DNA of 64,000 bases, from contig JAYZFK010000046.1 in assembly GCA_036336835.1 (NCBI GenBank), positions 83,789 through 147,788 of the forward strand. Direction: 5' to 3'. The notes below the pieces were generated by a model, which was not told the DNA's origin, searched no databases, and saw only the letters and a program-made list of their open reading frames with translations. Both the position numbers and the translations under genes were made by a program. Positions 21,378 through 31,305 of this stretch are shown in pieces. This DNA comes from Myxococcota bacterium (GTDB taxonomy: Bacteria; Myxococcota_A; UBA9160; UBA4427). The first letter of the stretch is position 1; each line of letters starts with the position of its first letter.

Positions 21378-24300
21378 CTAGTTGACCTGCGTCAGCGTCT
21401 TCCCGTGCACGAACTGGCGCACATCCTCGCTGACCATGTACAGACACGGCACCAGCAACAACGATATCGCGCTCCCGAATAGCACTCCGAAGCCGAGCGA
21501 CGTCGCCATCGGGATCAGGAACTGCGCGGACACGCTCGTCTCGCGCAGCATCGGCGTGAGTCCGGCAAACGTCGTGATCGATGTCAGGACGATCGGGCGG
21601 AAGCGCGCGACACCGGCCTCGCGGACCGCGTCCTCGATTGGGACGCCTCGCGCCCGTCTCCCGTTCACATAGTGAACCAACACCAGACTCGAGTTCACGA
21701 CGACTCCCGTGAGCGCCACGACCCCGAAAATCGACATCATGCTGTAGTTGAACGTCCAGTCCGTGAAAATCTCGCGCGCGAAGTACATGAACCAGTGGCC
21801 GAAGATCGCGCCGACCAGCCCAAACGGGATCACCGCCATGATGATCAGCGGCTGGAAATAGGATCGAAGTGGGATCGCCAGCAGCGCGTAGATCAGGATC
21901 AGCGCGAGCGGATAGTCGAGCGCCAGACTGCCGACCGACTGCGACTGCTCGGCCTGCTGTCCCTCGAGCCCATAACCCAGCCCCGGATAATCGGCCGCCA
22001 GCGTCGGCAGAAATTCGGCTTGCAAGTCGGCGATCACCTCGCCCGCGCTCGCCTGCGTCTCGTCGAGCTCCGCCGTCACGTTGATCACGCGCTTGCGATT
22101 CGCGCGTCGGATCGTCGAGAAACCACGTCCGAGCTCGACGCGCGCCACCATATAGAACGGAACCTCTCCACCGGTTGGCGTACGGATCCGCAGCGAATCG
22201 AGATCGGCGAGCGCGCGCCGCTGATCGAGCGGATAGCGAATCATCACGCGAATGTCGTCGCGTCCGCGCTGGATGCGCTGCGCCTCCGCGCCATAGAAGG
22301 CCTGCCGTACCTGCCTCGCGAGGTCGTCCAGCGTAAGGCCCAGCGTCTCCGCCGCCGGAAGGATCGACAGCTTGATCTCCTGCTTGCCCTCGCTGAACGA
22401 GTCGTTGATTTCCGATACGCCGGCGTACGTCGCCAGCTCCTGCTTCAGACGAGTCGCCGCAGCTCTGAGGTCGTCGGCGTCAGCCGAATCGAGCTGGATC
22501 TCGATCGGATCGCCGAGCGAGAAGAAGTCCGAACGAAATTCGAGCTTCTCGACATCGGGAATCGGGCGCGCCTGTGCCTGCCAGCGGCGCGTGATGTCCT
22601 TGGCGCTGAGCGGCCGCACGTCGCCGCTCAGGACCTCGATGACGACCTCTCCCAGCTGGCTGCCCGACGTCCTGTTCTCGTTGTCTGGACCGCCGGCGAT
22701 GTTCAAGGGCTGCTGCCCCACCGAAACCATGACGTGCTTGATGAGAGACTCGCCGTCGACCGTGTACTCGGCGTCGAGCTCTTGCTTCAGTCGGTAGGCG
22801 GCCGCCTCGAGCTCGAACACCGCGGCTTCCGTGCGCTCGACGGGCGTGCCCTGCGGCATCGTAATGTCGGCGATCAGATAGTCGCTCTCGATCGGTGGGA
22901 AGAACGAGAAGAAGAGTCGCGCGTCGCCGATTCCGTACCTCAGCGAGGCGATCGAGACGGCGAGGATTCCCACACCGGCGGCGATCACCGCATAGCGCCA
23001 CACGAGCGCGCTCTCGAGCCGAGGCGCGTAGACGACTCGCGCGACCCACTCGAGACTGCCAGACATGCGACGCTGCGCCGCGCGAAAGCGCGCGGCGAGA
23101 GTACCGGGCGCTACGGGCTTCTCCTCCGAGGACACCTTCATGTGGCCAAGATGCGCGGGCAGCACCAGCTGCGATTCGATCACCGAGAAGATCAGGCACA
23201 GGATCACTGTCATTGCGATCGCGCCGAAGATCTGTCCCATCTCGCCCGGTGCAAGCAGCATCGGCAAGAAAGCCGCAATCGTCGTGAGCACTCCGAAGAT
23301 CACGGGGACGGCGACCTCCTGGGCGCCCCGGATTGCCGAGTCGAGCGGATCCTCCGCATTCTCCTGGTGTCGGTGGATGTTCTCGCCCACCACGATCGCG
23401 TCGTCCACCAGGAGCCCGAGCACCATGATGAAACCAAACGACGAGATCACATCGATCGAGACGCCGGCCATCGGAAACACGTAGAGCGCGCCGAGCATCG
23501 ATATCGGAACGCCGATGCTGACCCAGATCGCGAGCCGCAGGCGCAGGAACAGCGCCAGCACGATGAATACCAGCACGAAGCCGGTCGCACCGTTGCGAAA
23601 CATCAGCGAGAGGCGGTCGCGCAGGCCCTGCGAGCTGTCGCGCCATACGGTGAGCTCGATGCCTTCGGGCAAGCGCGCCTGCATCTCGATCAGATACTGA
23701 TTCGTCGCCTCGACGACCTCGAGCACGCTCTGCTCACCGACCCGGTCCACCTTCACGGTAACCGCCGGGTTGCCATCGAAGGTCGCGTAGCGCTCGTCTT
23801 CCTCGAAGCCATCGACCACATTTGCGATCTCGCCGAGCAGTAGTCGCGTTCCGTCCTCGCGCGTGCGTACCACGATCCGCTCGAACTCGGGGGCGCTGTA
23901 GGCCTGGCCCTTGGTGCGCAGCAGCACCTCGCCAGCGCGTGTCTTGATCGAGCCCCCCGGACGGTCGAGCGACCCGCGACGAACGGCCCGCACGACCTCG
24001 TCGAACGAGAGGCCGTACCGGCGCAGCGTCTCCTCCGCGACCTCGATCGCGATCTCGTACCGACGGGCGTTGAACAGGTCGACCTGCGTCACCTCGGGAA
24101 GCGAGGAGATGCCATCGCGAACACGCTCGCCGAACACCTTGAGCGATCGCTCGTCCGTATTGCCCGAGACGGCGATCTGCATGGCCGTGCGACGCGAGCT
24201 CACATAGTTGACGATCGGCTTCTCGGTCTCCTCGGGAAAGGTGGTGATCGAATCGACCGCGTTCTTGATCTCGGAAAGCGCGCGGTCCACCGGATAGCCC

Positions 24301-24593
24301 TGCAACAGCTCTGCCGTGACCCCGCAGGCTCCCTCCGCTGCGCTCGATGTCAGCTTCTCGATCCCGGTGATGCCCTGGATCTCCTCCTCGATCCGGATGC
24401 AGACGCCCTCCTCGACCTCTTCGGGTGCAGCTCCGAGATAGGTCACACCGACGTTGACGATCGGACGGTCGATGTCCGGAAAGCTCTTGACCTGTACGCG
24501 GTACATCGCCGTGATGCCGCCGACCACGAGCAGCGCCATCAACAGGTTGGCCGCGACGTGGTTGCGCGCGAACCAGGCAATCACGCCCGTCAC
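21378..24593 (-). CDS. RND efflux permease (AcrB/AcrD/AcrF family)
   Basis: 1071 aa; GLLVDDAIVVGENI and ARFRPIVLTSITT motifs. Confidence 0.95.
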   Translation of the reverse strand: MTGVIAWFARNHVAANLLMALLVVGGITAMYRVQVKSFPDIDRPIVNVGVTYLGAAPEEVEEGVCIRIEEEIQGITGIEKLTSSAAEGACGVTAELLQGYPVDRALSEIKNAVDSITTFPEETEKPIVNYVSSRRTAMQIAVSGNTDERSLKVFGERVRDGISSLPEVTQVDLFNARRYEIAIEVAEETLRRYGLSFDEVVRAVRRGSLDRPGGSIKTRAGEVLLRTKGQAYSAPEFERIVVRTREDGTRLLLGEIANVVDGFEEDERYATFDGNPAVTVKVDRVGEQSVLEVVEATNQYLIEMQARLPEGIELTVWRDSSQGLRDRLSLMFRNGATGFVLVFIVLALFLRLRLAIWVSIGVPISMLGALYVFPMAGVSIDVISSFGFIMVLGLLVDDAIVVGENIHRHQENAEDPLDSAIRGAQEVAVPVIFGVLTTIAAFLPMLLAPGEMGQIFGAIAMTVILCLIFSVIESQLVLPAHLGHMKVSSEEKPVAPGTLAARFRAAQRRMSGSLEWVARVVYAPRLESALVWRYAVIAAGVGILAVSIASLRYGIGDARLFFSFFPPIESDYLIADITMPQGTPVERTEAAVFELEAAAYRLKQELDAEYTVDGESLIKHVMVSVGQQPLNIAGGPDNENRTSGSQLGEVVIEVLSGDVRPLSAKDITRRWQAQARPIPDVEKLEFRSDFFSLGDPIEIQLDSADADDLRAAATRLKQELATYAGVSEINDSFSEGKQEIKLSILPAAETLGLTLDDLARQVRQAFYGAEAQRIQRGRDDIRVMIRYPLDQRRALADLDSLRIRTPTGGEVPFYMVARVELGRGFSTIRRANRKRVINVTAELDETQASAGEVIADLQAEFLPTLAADYPGLGYGLEGQQAEQSQSVGSLALDYPLALILIYALLAIPLRSYFQPLIIMAVIPFGLVGAIFGHWFMYFAREIFTDWTFNYSMMSIFGVVALTGVVVNSSLVLVHYVNGRRARGVPIEDAVREAGVARFRPIVLTSITTFAGLTPMLRETSVSAQFLIPMATSLGFGVLFGSAISLLLVPCLYMVSEDVRQFVHGKTLTQVN

Positions 24594-25777
24594 GTACCCG
24601 CCTCGGCTAGCGTGGCCGCGTCATCGGCTACTCGAACCTGCATGCCATCGATCGCGGCCCCGAGCGGCGACACGCAGACGCGGTCGCCCGGAGCGAGCCC
24701 CTCGCCGATCACCACGCGGTCGCGCTCGTTGCGCAGCACGTCGACCTCGCGGATGCGAAGCTGATTATTCGCGTCGACGAGATAGACACGATCATCCCCG
24801 CGTATCGCGGTTTGCGGCAACAGATATGCCTCGGGGACGCTGCGGCCCGCGATCTCGGCTGCCACGAACAAACCGACGGCCAGCGGCGCGTCGCTCCCGC
24901 TTCCATAGGGATCGGCGACCTCCGCGACGACGTGCACCATCCGGCTGCGCGGATCGAGCTCGGCCTCGGTCCGCACGATCGTGCCATGCCAGACGCGCTC
25001 GCGGCCGGCGAACTCGGCGGTCAGCTTCACGGCTGGACCCGGCTGCTCCCGCGAAGCCCCTGCCGGCTCGCCGGACAGCGGCAAGTCCAGATAGGCGAGC
25101 TCGCGGTCGGGCAGCGGCAGTCGGACCTCGGCGAAGTCGACTGAGTAGAGCGTCGCGATCGTGGTTCCGCGCTGCACGAACTGACCGACGTCAACCTGCT
25201 CGGAGCGCACCCTGCCGGCGTAGGGCGCGCGGATCTCGGCACGCTCGAGGTCACGAGCTGTACGCGAGCGTCGAGCGCGGGCCTCTCGCAGCACGGCGTG
25301 CGTCACGCGGAACGCGTTCTCGGCATCGTCGATCCGCGCCTGGCTCGCCACCGACTGATCCGCCAGCTGGCGCTGGCGATCGCGCTCCGTGTTAGCACGC
25401 TGGAACTCGCTCTCGGCGCGCGCGACGCTCGCACGCGCCGCCGCGAGCTCGACCTCGTGGTCGGCGCGATCGATTCGCAGGAGGGGCTCGCCGCGCTCGA
25501 AGAAGCCGCCCGCCGCGAGCGACCGCGACACCCACACGACCTCTCCCGATACTTGCGACACCAGATCGCTCTCGCTGCGCGGCGTGACGCTGCCGTGTGC
25601 TCGCACCATGAAGCGGAACTCCTGCGGCTTCGCCAGTTCGACACGCACCAGCGGCGCCGTCGGCGGGCGCTCCGGTTGGATAGGCTTGCTCGCGAAAAAC
25701 TGGAGCGAGACGATCAAATAAATCGTTCCCGCCACGATCAGGCCGATGACTTCGAGCTGGAATCGTCTTCTCTTCAT
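24590..25777 (-). CDS. RND efflux membrane-fusion (periplasmic adaptor) protein
   Basis: Barrel-sandwich motifs (VSGEVV, IRAPYAGRV) and coiled coil; directly upstream of the RND permease. Confidence 0.92.
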   Translation of the reverse strand: MKRRRFQLEVIGLIVAGTIYLIVSLQFFASKPIQPERPPTAPLVRVELAKPQEFRFMVRAHGSVTPRSESDLVSQVSGEVVWVSRSLAAGGFFERGEPLLRIDRADHEVELAAARASVARAESEFQRANTERDRQRQLADQSVASQARIDDAENAFRVTHAVLREARARRSRTARDLERAEIRAPYAGRVRSEQVDVGQFVQRGTTIATLYSVDFAEVRLPLPDRELAYLDLPLSGEPAGASREQPGPAVKLTAEFAGRERVWHGTIVRTEAELDPRSRMVHVVAEVADPYGSGSDAPLAVGLFVAAEIAGRSVPEAYLLPQTAIRGDDRVYLVDANNQLRIREVDVLRNERDRVVIGEGLAPGDRVCVSPLGAAIDGMQVRVADDAATLAEAGT

Positions 25778-26466
25778 CACCCGTGCTCCGAATGCCGAAG
25801 GGCCTGCGCTCGGATCCCCGCCGCGCAATAGCTCACCAGCGCTTCGACCAGCTGCTCGTCGCGCGGGTAGCCGGCGTCCGAATCCGCACCCGTCTCGAGA
25901 TGGCCGCCCACGACGTGAACCATCACGCCGACGGTGAACTGGAAGGCGAGGGAGAGCTGCTCGGACGAAGCGGCGGGCAGCGCGCGCCCCAGCAGCAGGG
26001 TCATTCGATCGCGCAGTGGCCCGAACAGATCGCGCTTGAGCTCCGCTACGATTTCGGGCGGGTCGGCGTACAGCCGCGCCGCGACCGCGCGTGACTCGAG
26101 CTGGCGATCGGGCGGCTGCAGCACCGCCGGCGCCAGGAAGGCGCGCAGTAGATCCTCGAGGAACTGCGCAGGCGGACCAGATCGCAGCTCCACCTCGTCG
26201 AGCGCTCGCATCCGCTCCTGGTTGAGCGGCCCGATCAGCCGCTGGCAGACCGCCGAGAGCAGCTCGCGCTTCGAGCCGAAGTGATAGTTGGCTGCGGACA
26301 CACTCACACCCGCCGCGGTCGTCACCGCGCGAATCGAGGTCCCGGTGTAGCCGCGCTCGGCGAACAGCCGAGCAGCGGCATCGAGCAGCCTCTCGCGCGT
26401 CATGTCCGCGCGCGACATGCGCTGATCGCCAGCGGGCAGATTGGTCGCCGATGCGTCGATCGCCAT
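25777..26466 (-). CDS. TetR/AcrR-family transcriptional regulator
   Basis: TRERLLDAAARLFAERGY...ANYHFGSK HTH; first gene of the RND operon. Confidence 0.92.
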   Translation of the reverse strand: MAIDASATNLPAGDQRMSRADMTRERLLDAAARLFAERGYTGTSIRAVTTAAGVSVSAANYHFGSKRELLSAVCQRLIGPLNQERMRALDEVELRSGPPAQFLEDLLRAFLAPAVLQPPDRQLESRAVAARLYADPPEIVAELKRDLFGPLRDRMTLLLGRALPAASSEQLSLAFQFTVGVMVHVVGGHLETGADSDAGYPRDEQLVEALVSYCAAGIRAQALRHSEHG

Positions 26467-26474
26467 GGGCCTCT

Positions 26475-26516
26475 CACCAATTCGAACAGTTGTTCGGAAC
26501 GTACGTTCTATTGGTG
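26475..26516. promoter_or_regulatory. Probable TetR operator: two tandem palindromes
   Basis: CGAACA-GT-TGTTCG and GAACGTACGTTC, bracketed by the inverted pair CACCAAT/ATTGGTG, just upstream of tetR. Confidence 0.6.
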
Positions 26517-26622
26517 CTGAAAGTCAAATTCGAAGTCGCTCGACAGAAATCCTGGAGCGGATATTCTCATTTATTTACAGTGACTTGAAGGTTCGACGTG
26601 CACGTGCTCCCGCCGCGCACTG

Positions 26623-26652
26623 TTGACAGGCCGCCTCCTCACCACCTATCCA
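26623..26652 (+). promoter_or_regulatory. Possible sigma70 promoter
   Basis: TTGACA (26623-26628), 18 bp spacer, weak -10 TATCCA. Confidence 0.35.
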
Positions 26653-26665
26653 ACTGTTGAATATC

Positions 26666-26950
26666 GAGCGTGTGCGCCGCCGTTCACGCTCTGGGAAGGA
26701 GAAGCTCGACGCCCGGCTATCACCGGCGTCGGCTTCGGCTGTCGAGGGTCGCGGTGCCGGGAAACCGGTCCGCGGCCCTCATCCCTTCCGGGTGCGCCGC
26801 GCGAATGGACCGCGAGTCCGGTCCAGCTGCGCGCGGGGTGTGACGACGATCACACCGCACCGGTCGACCGACCTGCGCGGCGCCGTCCACCCTCCTCCGA
26901 GAGCTGCCATCGGGAACGAGCATCGCGACGCCGATACGTAGGGTATCGGC
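26666..26950 (+). ncRNA. Candidate structured RNA or long 5' leader (family not recognised)
   Basis: At least six consecutive or nested hairpins, one with a GAAA tetraloop; no credible ORF. Confidence 0.35.
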
Positions 26951-27118
26951 TACGAATTGTTGTCCCCTCGGTACCCCGTTCGGCCGAAGAGGCATTTCGC
27001 GCAGCGGCAGCGCGGGCGACCCGCGAGGCGCACTCGACCACCTCGCCGCGCCAACGACGACTCTCGGTGTGTGCTCCAGGCAACGCATTCTGGCCGCACC
27101 CGGGAAAGGAGAGAGACG

Positions 27119-28351
27119 ATGCGACCCGTTCTTGCCCTGGTGCTTGCCCTGCTCGTGGCCCGTGCGTCGAGCGCACAGGATCTCTTCTCGGTCGACACCG
27201 GCGCAATCGGCATCTCGGGTAGCGGCAACGACATCGTGCAGCTGATCGACGATCTCATCAATCAGACCGGAGACTTCACCGGCCTCGCACCCGAGACGAG
27301 CTACACCGGCACGCTCGAATATGCTGGAGTGCCCAATGCGCTGGCCCTGAGCCTGAATCTCGCCAACTCGGCCATGCCGATCCTCAGCTTGACGATCCCG
27401 TCGGTTGGCACGAGCGAGATATTCAACGGTACGAGCCTCACAGACCTCGAGGACCAGATCGAGGACTGGATCAAGCACTCCGCCAGCGGGACCTGGGCAG
27501 AGTTTCTCGAGGCGATGAACGGGCTGTCCGCACTGACACTGCTCGACGGCAATCCGCGCGCATCGACGGCCCTGCTGGCAAACTCGGCCTACCGGCGCTT
27601 CGGCCTGAACGACTCTCACAGCCGCCTCGGCTACATGGAGCAGGAGGTGACGCGCTTCGGAACCTTTGGCATCACGCTCGAAGTCGGCGCCGGCTCCGCC
27701 AGCACCAACCAGTTCAGCGGCCTCGATACCATCGACGGCAGTCTGGAGATCAGCGGCGAGTTCAACGACACGGTAGGCCTCGCCTTCTCGATCATCTCTC
27801 AATACCGCGACTACAACACCGCCGAGCTGTACGACGTCGGCGTCGAACTCGGTCTCCCCATCCGACTGCGCCGTCCCGTCGAGGGCAAGAACCTGTACTG
27901 GGGCATCACACCGGTGTTGCAGGCCGGTGCCGGGCTATCGCCCGACTTCGCTGCCGGCGGCCTGTTCGTGGGCGGCGGCCTCGTCAACTCGATGGCTCTC
28001 CAGCTCGGCATCTTCGAGATCGGGATGGCCAACGAGCTGATCTACTACGGCGGCATTCCGATCAACGATATCAAGGGGTACGACTTCGACACGGAGCTCG
28101 ACCAGCTGATCACGAAGAACGGCCTGCGCATCGCCCTCCGGCCAATCGGCCTGTTCTACGCCGAGGGCGGCGTCAGCATCACCAACTTCCTGCTCGACCA
28201 CGCCGCACTCGACTACTACGTGACCCCCTTCGCGGGTGCCGGACTCCGACTGGGCCGCTACCTCGAGCTGCGAGCCAGCTACGAAGCCGACCTGGGAAAG
28301 CAGGGCTACCGAGGTCAACGAGCCCGCCTGGAGCTGGGAGCCTACTTCTAG
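27119..28351 (+). CDS. Outer-membrane beta-barrel protein (autotransporter-barrel-like)
   Basis: Sec signal peptide, alternating beta-strand pattern, C-terminal ARLELGAYF. Confidence 0.65.
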   Translation: MRPVLALVLALLVARASSAQDLFSVDTGAIGISGSGNDIVQLIDDLINQTGDFTGLAPETSYTGTLEYAGVPNALALSLNLANSAMPILSLTIPSVGTSEIFNGTSLTDLEDQIEDWIKHSASGTWAEFLEAMNGLSALTLLDGNPRASTALLANSAYRRFGLNDSHSRLGYMEQEVTRFGTFGITLEVGAGSASTNQFSGLDTIDGSLEISGEFNDTVGLAFSIISQYRDYNTAELYDVGVELGLPIRLRRPVEGKNLYWGITPVLQAGAGLSPDFAAGGLFVGGGLVNSMALQLGIFEIGMANELIYYGGIPINDIKGYDFDTELDQLITKNGLRIALRPIGLFYAEGGVSITNFLLDHAALDYYVTPFAGAGLRLGRYLELRASYEADLGKQGYRGQRARLELGAYF

Positions 28352-28440
28352 GATCAACCAACGAGCACCGCGAACCAGCCACGCCGCGCGAGCGGACGAT
28401 AGGGCTTTCGCTCGGGCCAGGGTGTTGATACCAAGGACGT

Positions 28441-30468
28441 GTGCGACGGCATCTCTTCCTGCTCGCAACCGTGTCGTGGGGTCTTGCCTGTGGCGGACCC
28501 GCGCCGACCCCGAGCGCGGCGGCTCGCAGCGAAGCGCCAAGACACCCCAGAAACGCCCCGCAGGACTGCGACACAAGCGACCCGCGACGACCCGCCTGGT
28601 TTGGCGCGCTCCACATCCACACTGCGCTCTCGATGGACGCCTGGAGCATGCAGACACGACTGCGTCCCGACGATGCCTACGCCTATGCGAGCGGCGAGCC
28701 CGTGGGCCTGCCGCCCTTCGACGCACAGGGCGAGCCGACCCGCGAAGTCGCCCTCGAACGCCCGCTCGACTTTGCGGCCGTGACGGACCACGCGGAGTTT
28801 CTCGGCGAGACCGAAATCTGCACCAACTCGGCCGTTGCTGGCTACGACACACCACGCTGCCAGCGCTATCGCGGCGAGGCTCCCTCCGAGTTCGCCGCAT
28901 CGCTGCCCGAAGAGCTGCGAACGGCCGCCGCACTGTTCGAGTTCGTCTCGCTCGCAACTCAGTCGCCGCCGGCGCGCGATCCCGCGCTGTGCGGTCGCGA
29001 CGGCCGCCGCTGCATCGAAGCCTCGCGCATCCCCTGGCGCGAGATCCAAACCGCGGCGGCGCGTTGGAACGACACCAGCGGCCGCTGCCGCTTCACGACT
29101 TTCGTCGCCTATGAGTACACAGCGATGCCCGACTACAGCAATCTGCACCGCAACGTCGTGTTCCGAGACGCGCGCGTGCCTTCGGTGCCAATCGGATACT
29201 TCGAAGCTCCGACGCCCGAGGCGCTGTGGCGCCGGCTCCGACGCGATTGCACAGACGCGGGCACCGGCTGCGACGTGTTGGCGATCCCGCACAACTCCAA
29301 TCTCTCCAACGGACGAATGTTCCGTCCCGACTATCCAGGAGCGGACTCGCGCGAGGAACAGGCAGCACTCGCACACGAGCGCAGCGCCATCGAGCCCATC
29401 GCCGAGATCTACCAGCACAAGGGTGACTCAGAGTGTCGAAACGGATTCGCCAGCATCCTCGGCGAGCCCGACGAGCTGTGCGACTTCGAGAAATACCGTC
29501 CGCTCGAAGGCCAGGAGGATTGCGGCGACGGCACGGGCGCTGGTGCCATCCCCTTTGCGCGCGGCTGCGTGTCGCGCCGCGACTTCGTTCGTTATGCCTT
29601 GACCGAAGGACTTGCCGAGGCCGATCGCCTCGGGGCCAACCCGTTCAAACTCGGCATCATCGCGGCCACGGACACTCACGTCGCAATCGGCGGCAATGTC
29701 GACGAATGGAGCTATGCGGGCCATGGAGGCATCAGCGAAGCCACGGCCTCGGCGCGCGTCGGGGCGGCAACCGCGGCCTTCAGTCCCGGCGGCCTGGCCG
29801 GCATCTATGCAGAGGAGAACTCCCGAGAGTCGCTGTTCGACGCAATGCGCCGGCGCGAGACCTTTGGCACGAGCGGTCCCCGCATCCGGCCGCGTCTGTT
29901 TGGCGGCTGGGGCGACGCGTTCGCTGCGGATCTCTGCGCCGGCTCGGATTTCGTCGCACGCGGGTACGCCGAGGGAGTGCCGATGGGCGGTGACCTGCCG
30001 CGTCGTCCGCAGGCCAGCGGCGCGCCGCGCTTCGCGGTCTCTGCACTCGCCGACCCCGGCACCGCGAGCCGGCCGGGCGGGTTGCTGCAGCGCATCCAGA
30101 TCATCAAGGGCTGGGCCGACGAACGGGGACGCCTGCATCAAGCGGTCTACGACGTGGCCGGAGGCGTGGACGCGAAGAGCGGCGTCGACCGGGCGACCTG
30201 CGAGCCACACGGCAACGGCGCGCGCGAGCTGTGCCAGGTCTGGAGCGACCCGGATTTCGACCCGGGGCATCGCGCGTACTACTACGCGCGTGTGCTCGAG
30301 AACCCTAGCTGTCGCTACGAAGCCTGGGATTGCATCCGCCTGGCCGACGAGCGGCCCGGCCGCTGCGGCGATCCGACCATCGATCGCACGGTCCAGGAGC
30401 GCGCCTGGACCTCGCCCATCTGGTACACGCCGAACGAGCATCCACCGGCGGCGGCGCAAGGCTCGTAG
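28441..30468 (+). CDS. DUF3604-family lipoprotein (PHP-like metallo-domain)
   Basis: FGALHIHT..S.DA, LDFAAVTDHAE, IPHNSNLSNG, ERAWTSPIWY; lipobox GLAC. Confidence 0.9.
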   Translation: MRRHLFLLATVSWGLACGGPAPTPSAAARSEAPRHPRNAPQDCDTSDPRRPAWFGALHIHTALSMDAWSMQTRLRPDDAYAYASGEPVGLPPFDAQGEPTREVALERPLDFAAVTDHAEFLGETEICTNSAVAGYDTPRCQRYRGEAPSEFAASLPEELRTAAALFEFVSLATQSPPARDPALCGRDGRRCIEASRIPWREIQTAAARWNDTSGRCRFTTFVAYEYTAMPDYSNLHRNVVFRDARVPSVPIGYFEAPTPEALWRRLRRDCTDAGTGCDVLAIPHNSNLSNGRMFRPDYPGADSREEQAALAHERSAIEPIAEIYQHKGDSECRNGFASILGEPDELCDFEKYRPLEGQEDCGDGTGAGAIPFARGCVSRRDFVRYALTEGLAEADRLGANPFKLGIIAATDTHVAIGGNVDEWSYAGHGGISEATASARVGAATAAFSPGGLAGIYAEENSRESLFDAMRRRETFGTSGPRIRPRLFGGWGDAFAADLCAGSDFVARGYAEGVPMGGDLPRRPQASGAPRFAVSALADPGTASRPGGLLQRIQIIKGWADERGRLHQAVYDVAGGVDAKSGVDRATCEPHGNGARELCQVWSDPDFDPGHRAYYYARVLENPSCRYEAWDCIRLADERPGRCGDPTIDRTVQERAWTSPIWYTPNEHPPAAAQGS

Positions 30469-30486
30469 CAGCGCGAATCGGCGGAG

Positions 30487-30972
30487 TCAGTCCGAGTGGT
30501 CGCGCCACCCCCCGAGTGCCGTCAACCCCACCGCGCCCACCAGGAACAAGCCGCCGACCGGCGCCAGAACAATCAGCAACCCGGGATCGCCCCCGTAGAT
30601 GACTACACCGCCGAGGAAGAACCCGAGCGGCATCACCACGCCCGCTGACAGGAACAGCAGGGAGGCGGCGCGCAGCGCCGTCGCCGACAGCGCGAGTCGC
30701 GGCAAGGTCAACGCAAAGCCGATATTGAGCACGCCGATCAGCGTTCCGTGAGTATGTGCCAGGGTCCAGACGAGGCGGCGCGCCTCGCTCGAGACGTCGA
30801 GATACAGCCCCACCTTGAAGCCGTGCAGGATCTCGAGCGACACACCTAGCAAGACGTATACGAACACCAGCAGCCAGCCGAACCGCATGTGTCGCGCGCT
30901 CAGCGTCGCGAGGTCCATCCCGTCTCGAGACTCACTTCGGTCGTCAGCCGGCTCGGACACGACGCGCAGCAT
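30487..30972 (-). CDS. Hypothetical membrane protein
   Basis: Four hydrophobic helices, LAHTHGTL motif; start uncertain (30972 or 30918). Confidence 0.65.
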   Translation of the reverse strand: MLRVVSEPADDRSESRDGMDLATLSARHMRFGWLLVFVYVLLGVSLEILHGFKVGLYLDVSSEARRLVWTLAHTHGTLIGVLNIGFALTLPRLALSATALRAASLLFLSAGVVMPLGFFLGGVVIYGGDPGLLIVLAPVGGLFLVGAVGLTALGGWRDHSD

Positions 30973-31305
30973 AGCGCGCGAGTGCCCCATTCCGAACGCT
31001 CCGATCCATCCGCCCGGCGATGCGTACGCCACGCGCGCTGACTTCGACGTCGTCGACAGCGAAGTCTGAAGGAGCAAGAGCTATGCGGCCGAATCTCGCC
31101 AGCCGGCCGTGTACCGGTCGATCATCTCGTCCGAGCAGACACATGAGACGGGCACGGCGCCCCACGGCCTTCACCGCCCCGAGCCACGTCGCCGCAAGCA
31201 TCCGCTCACGCGAGCTGCGACGCCGATTGGCAAGCTTGCTTCGCGCGGGAAGGCTCGCTGCGGGCAGGGTCTGGCGTGACCCGAGGGCAGGCGTCACTCC
31301 GCCGA

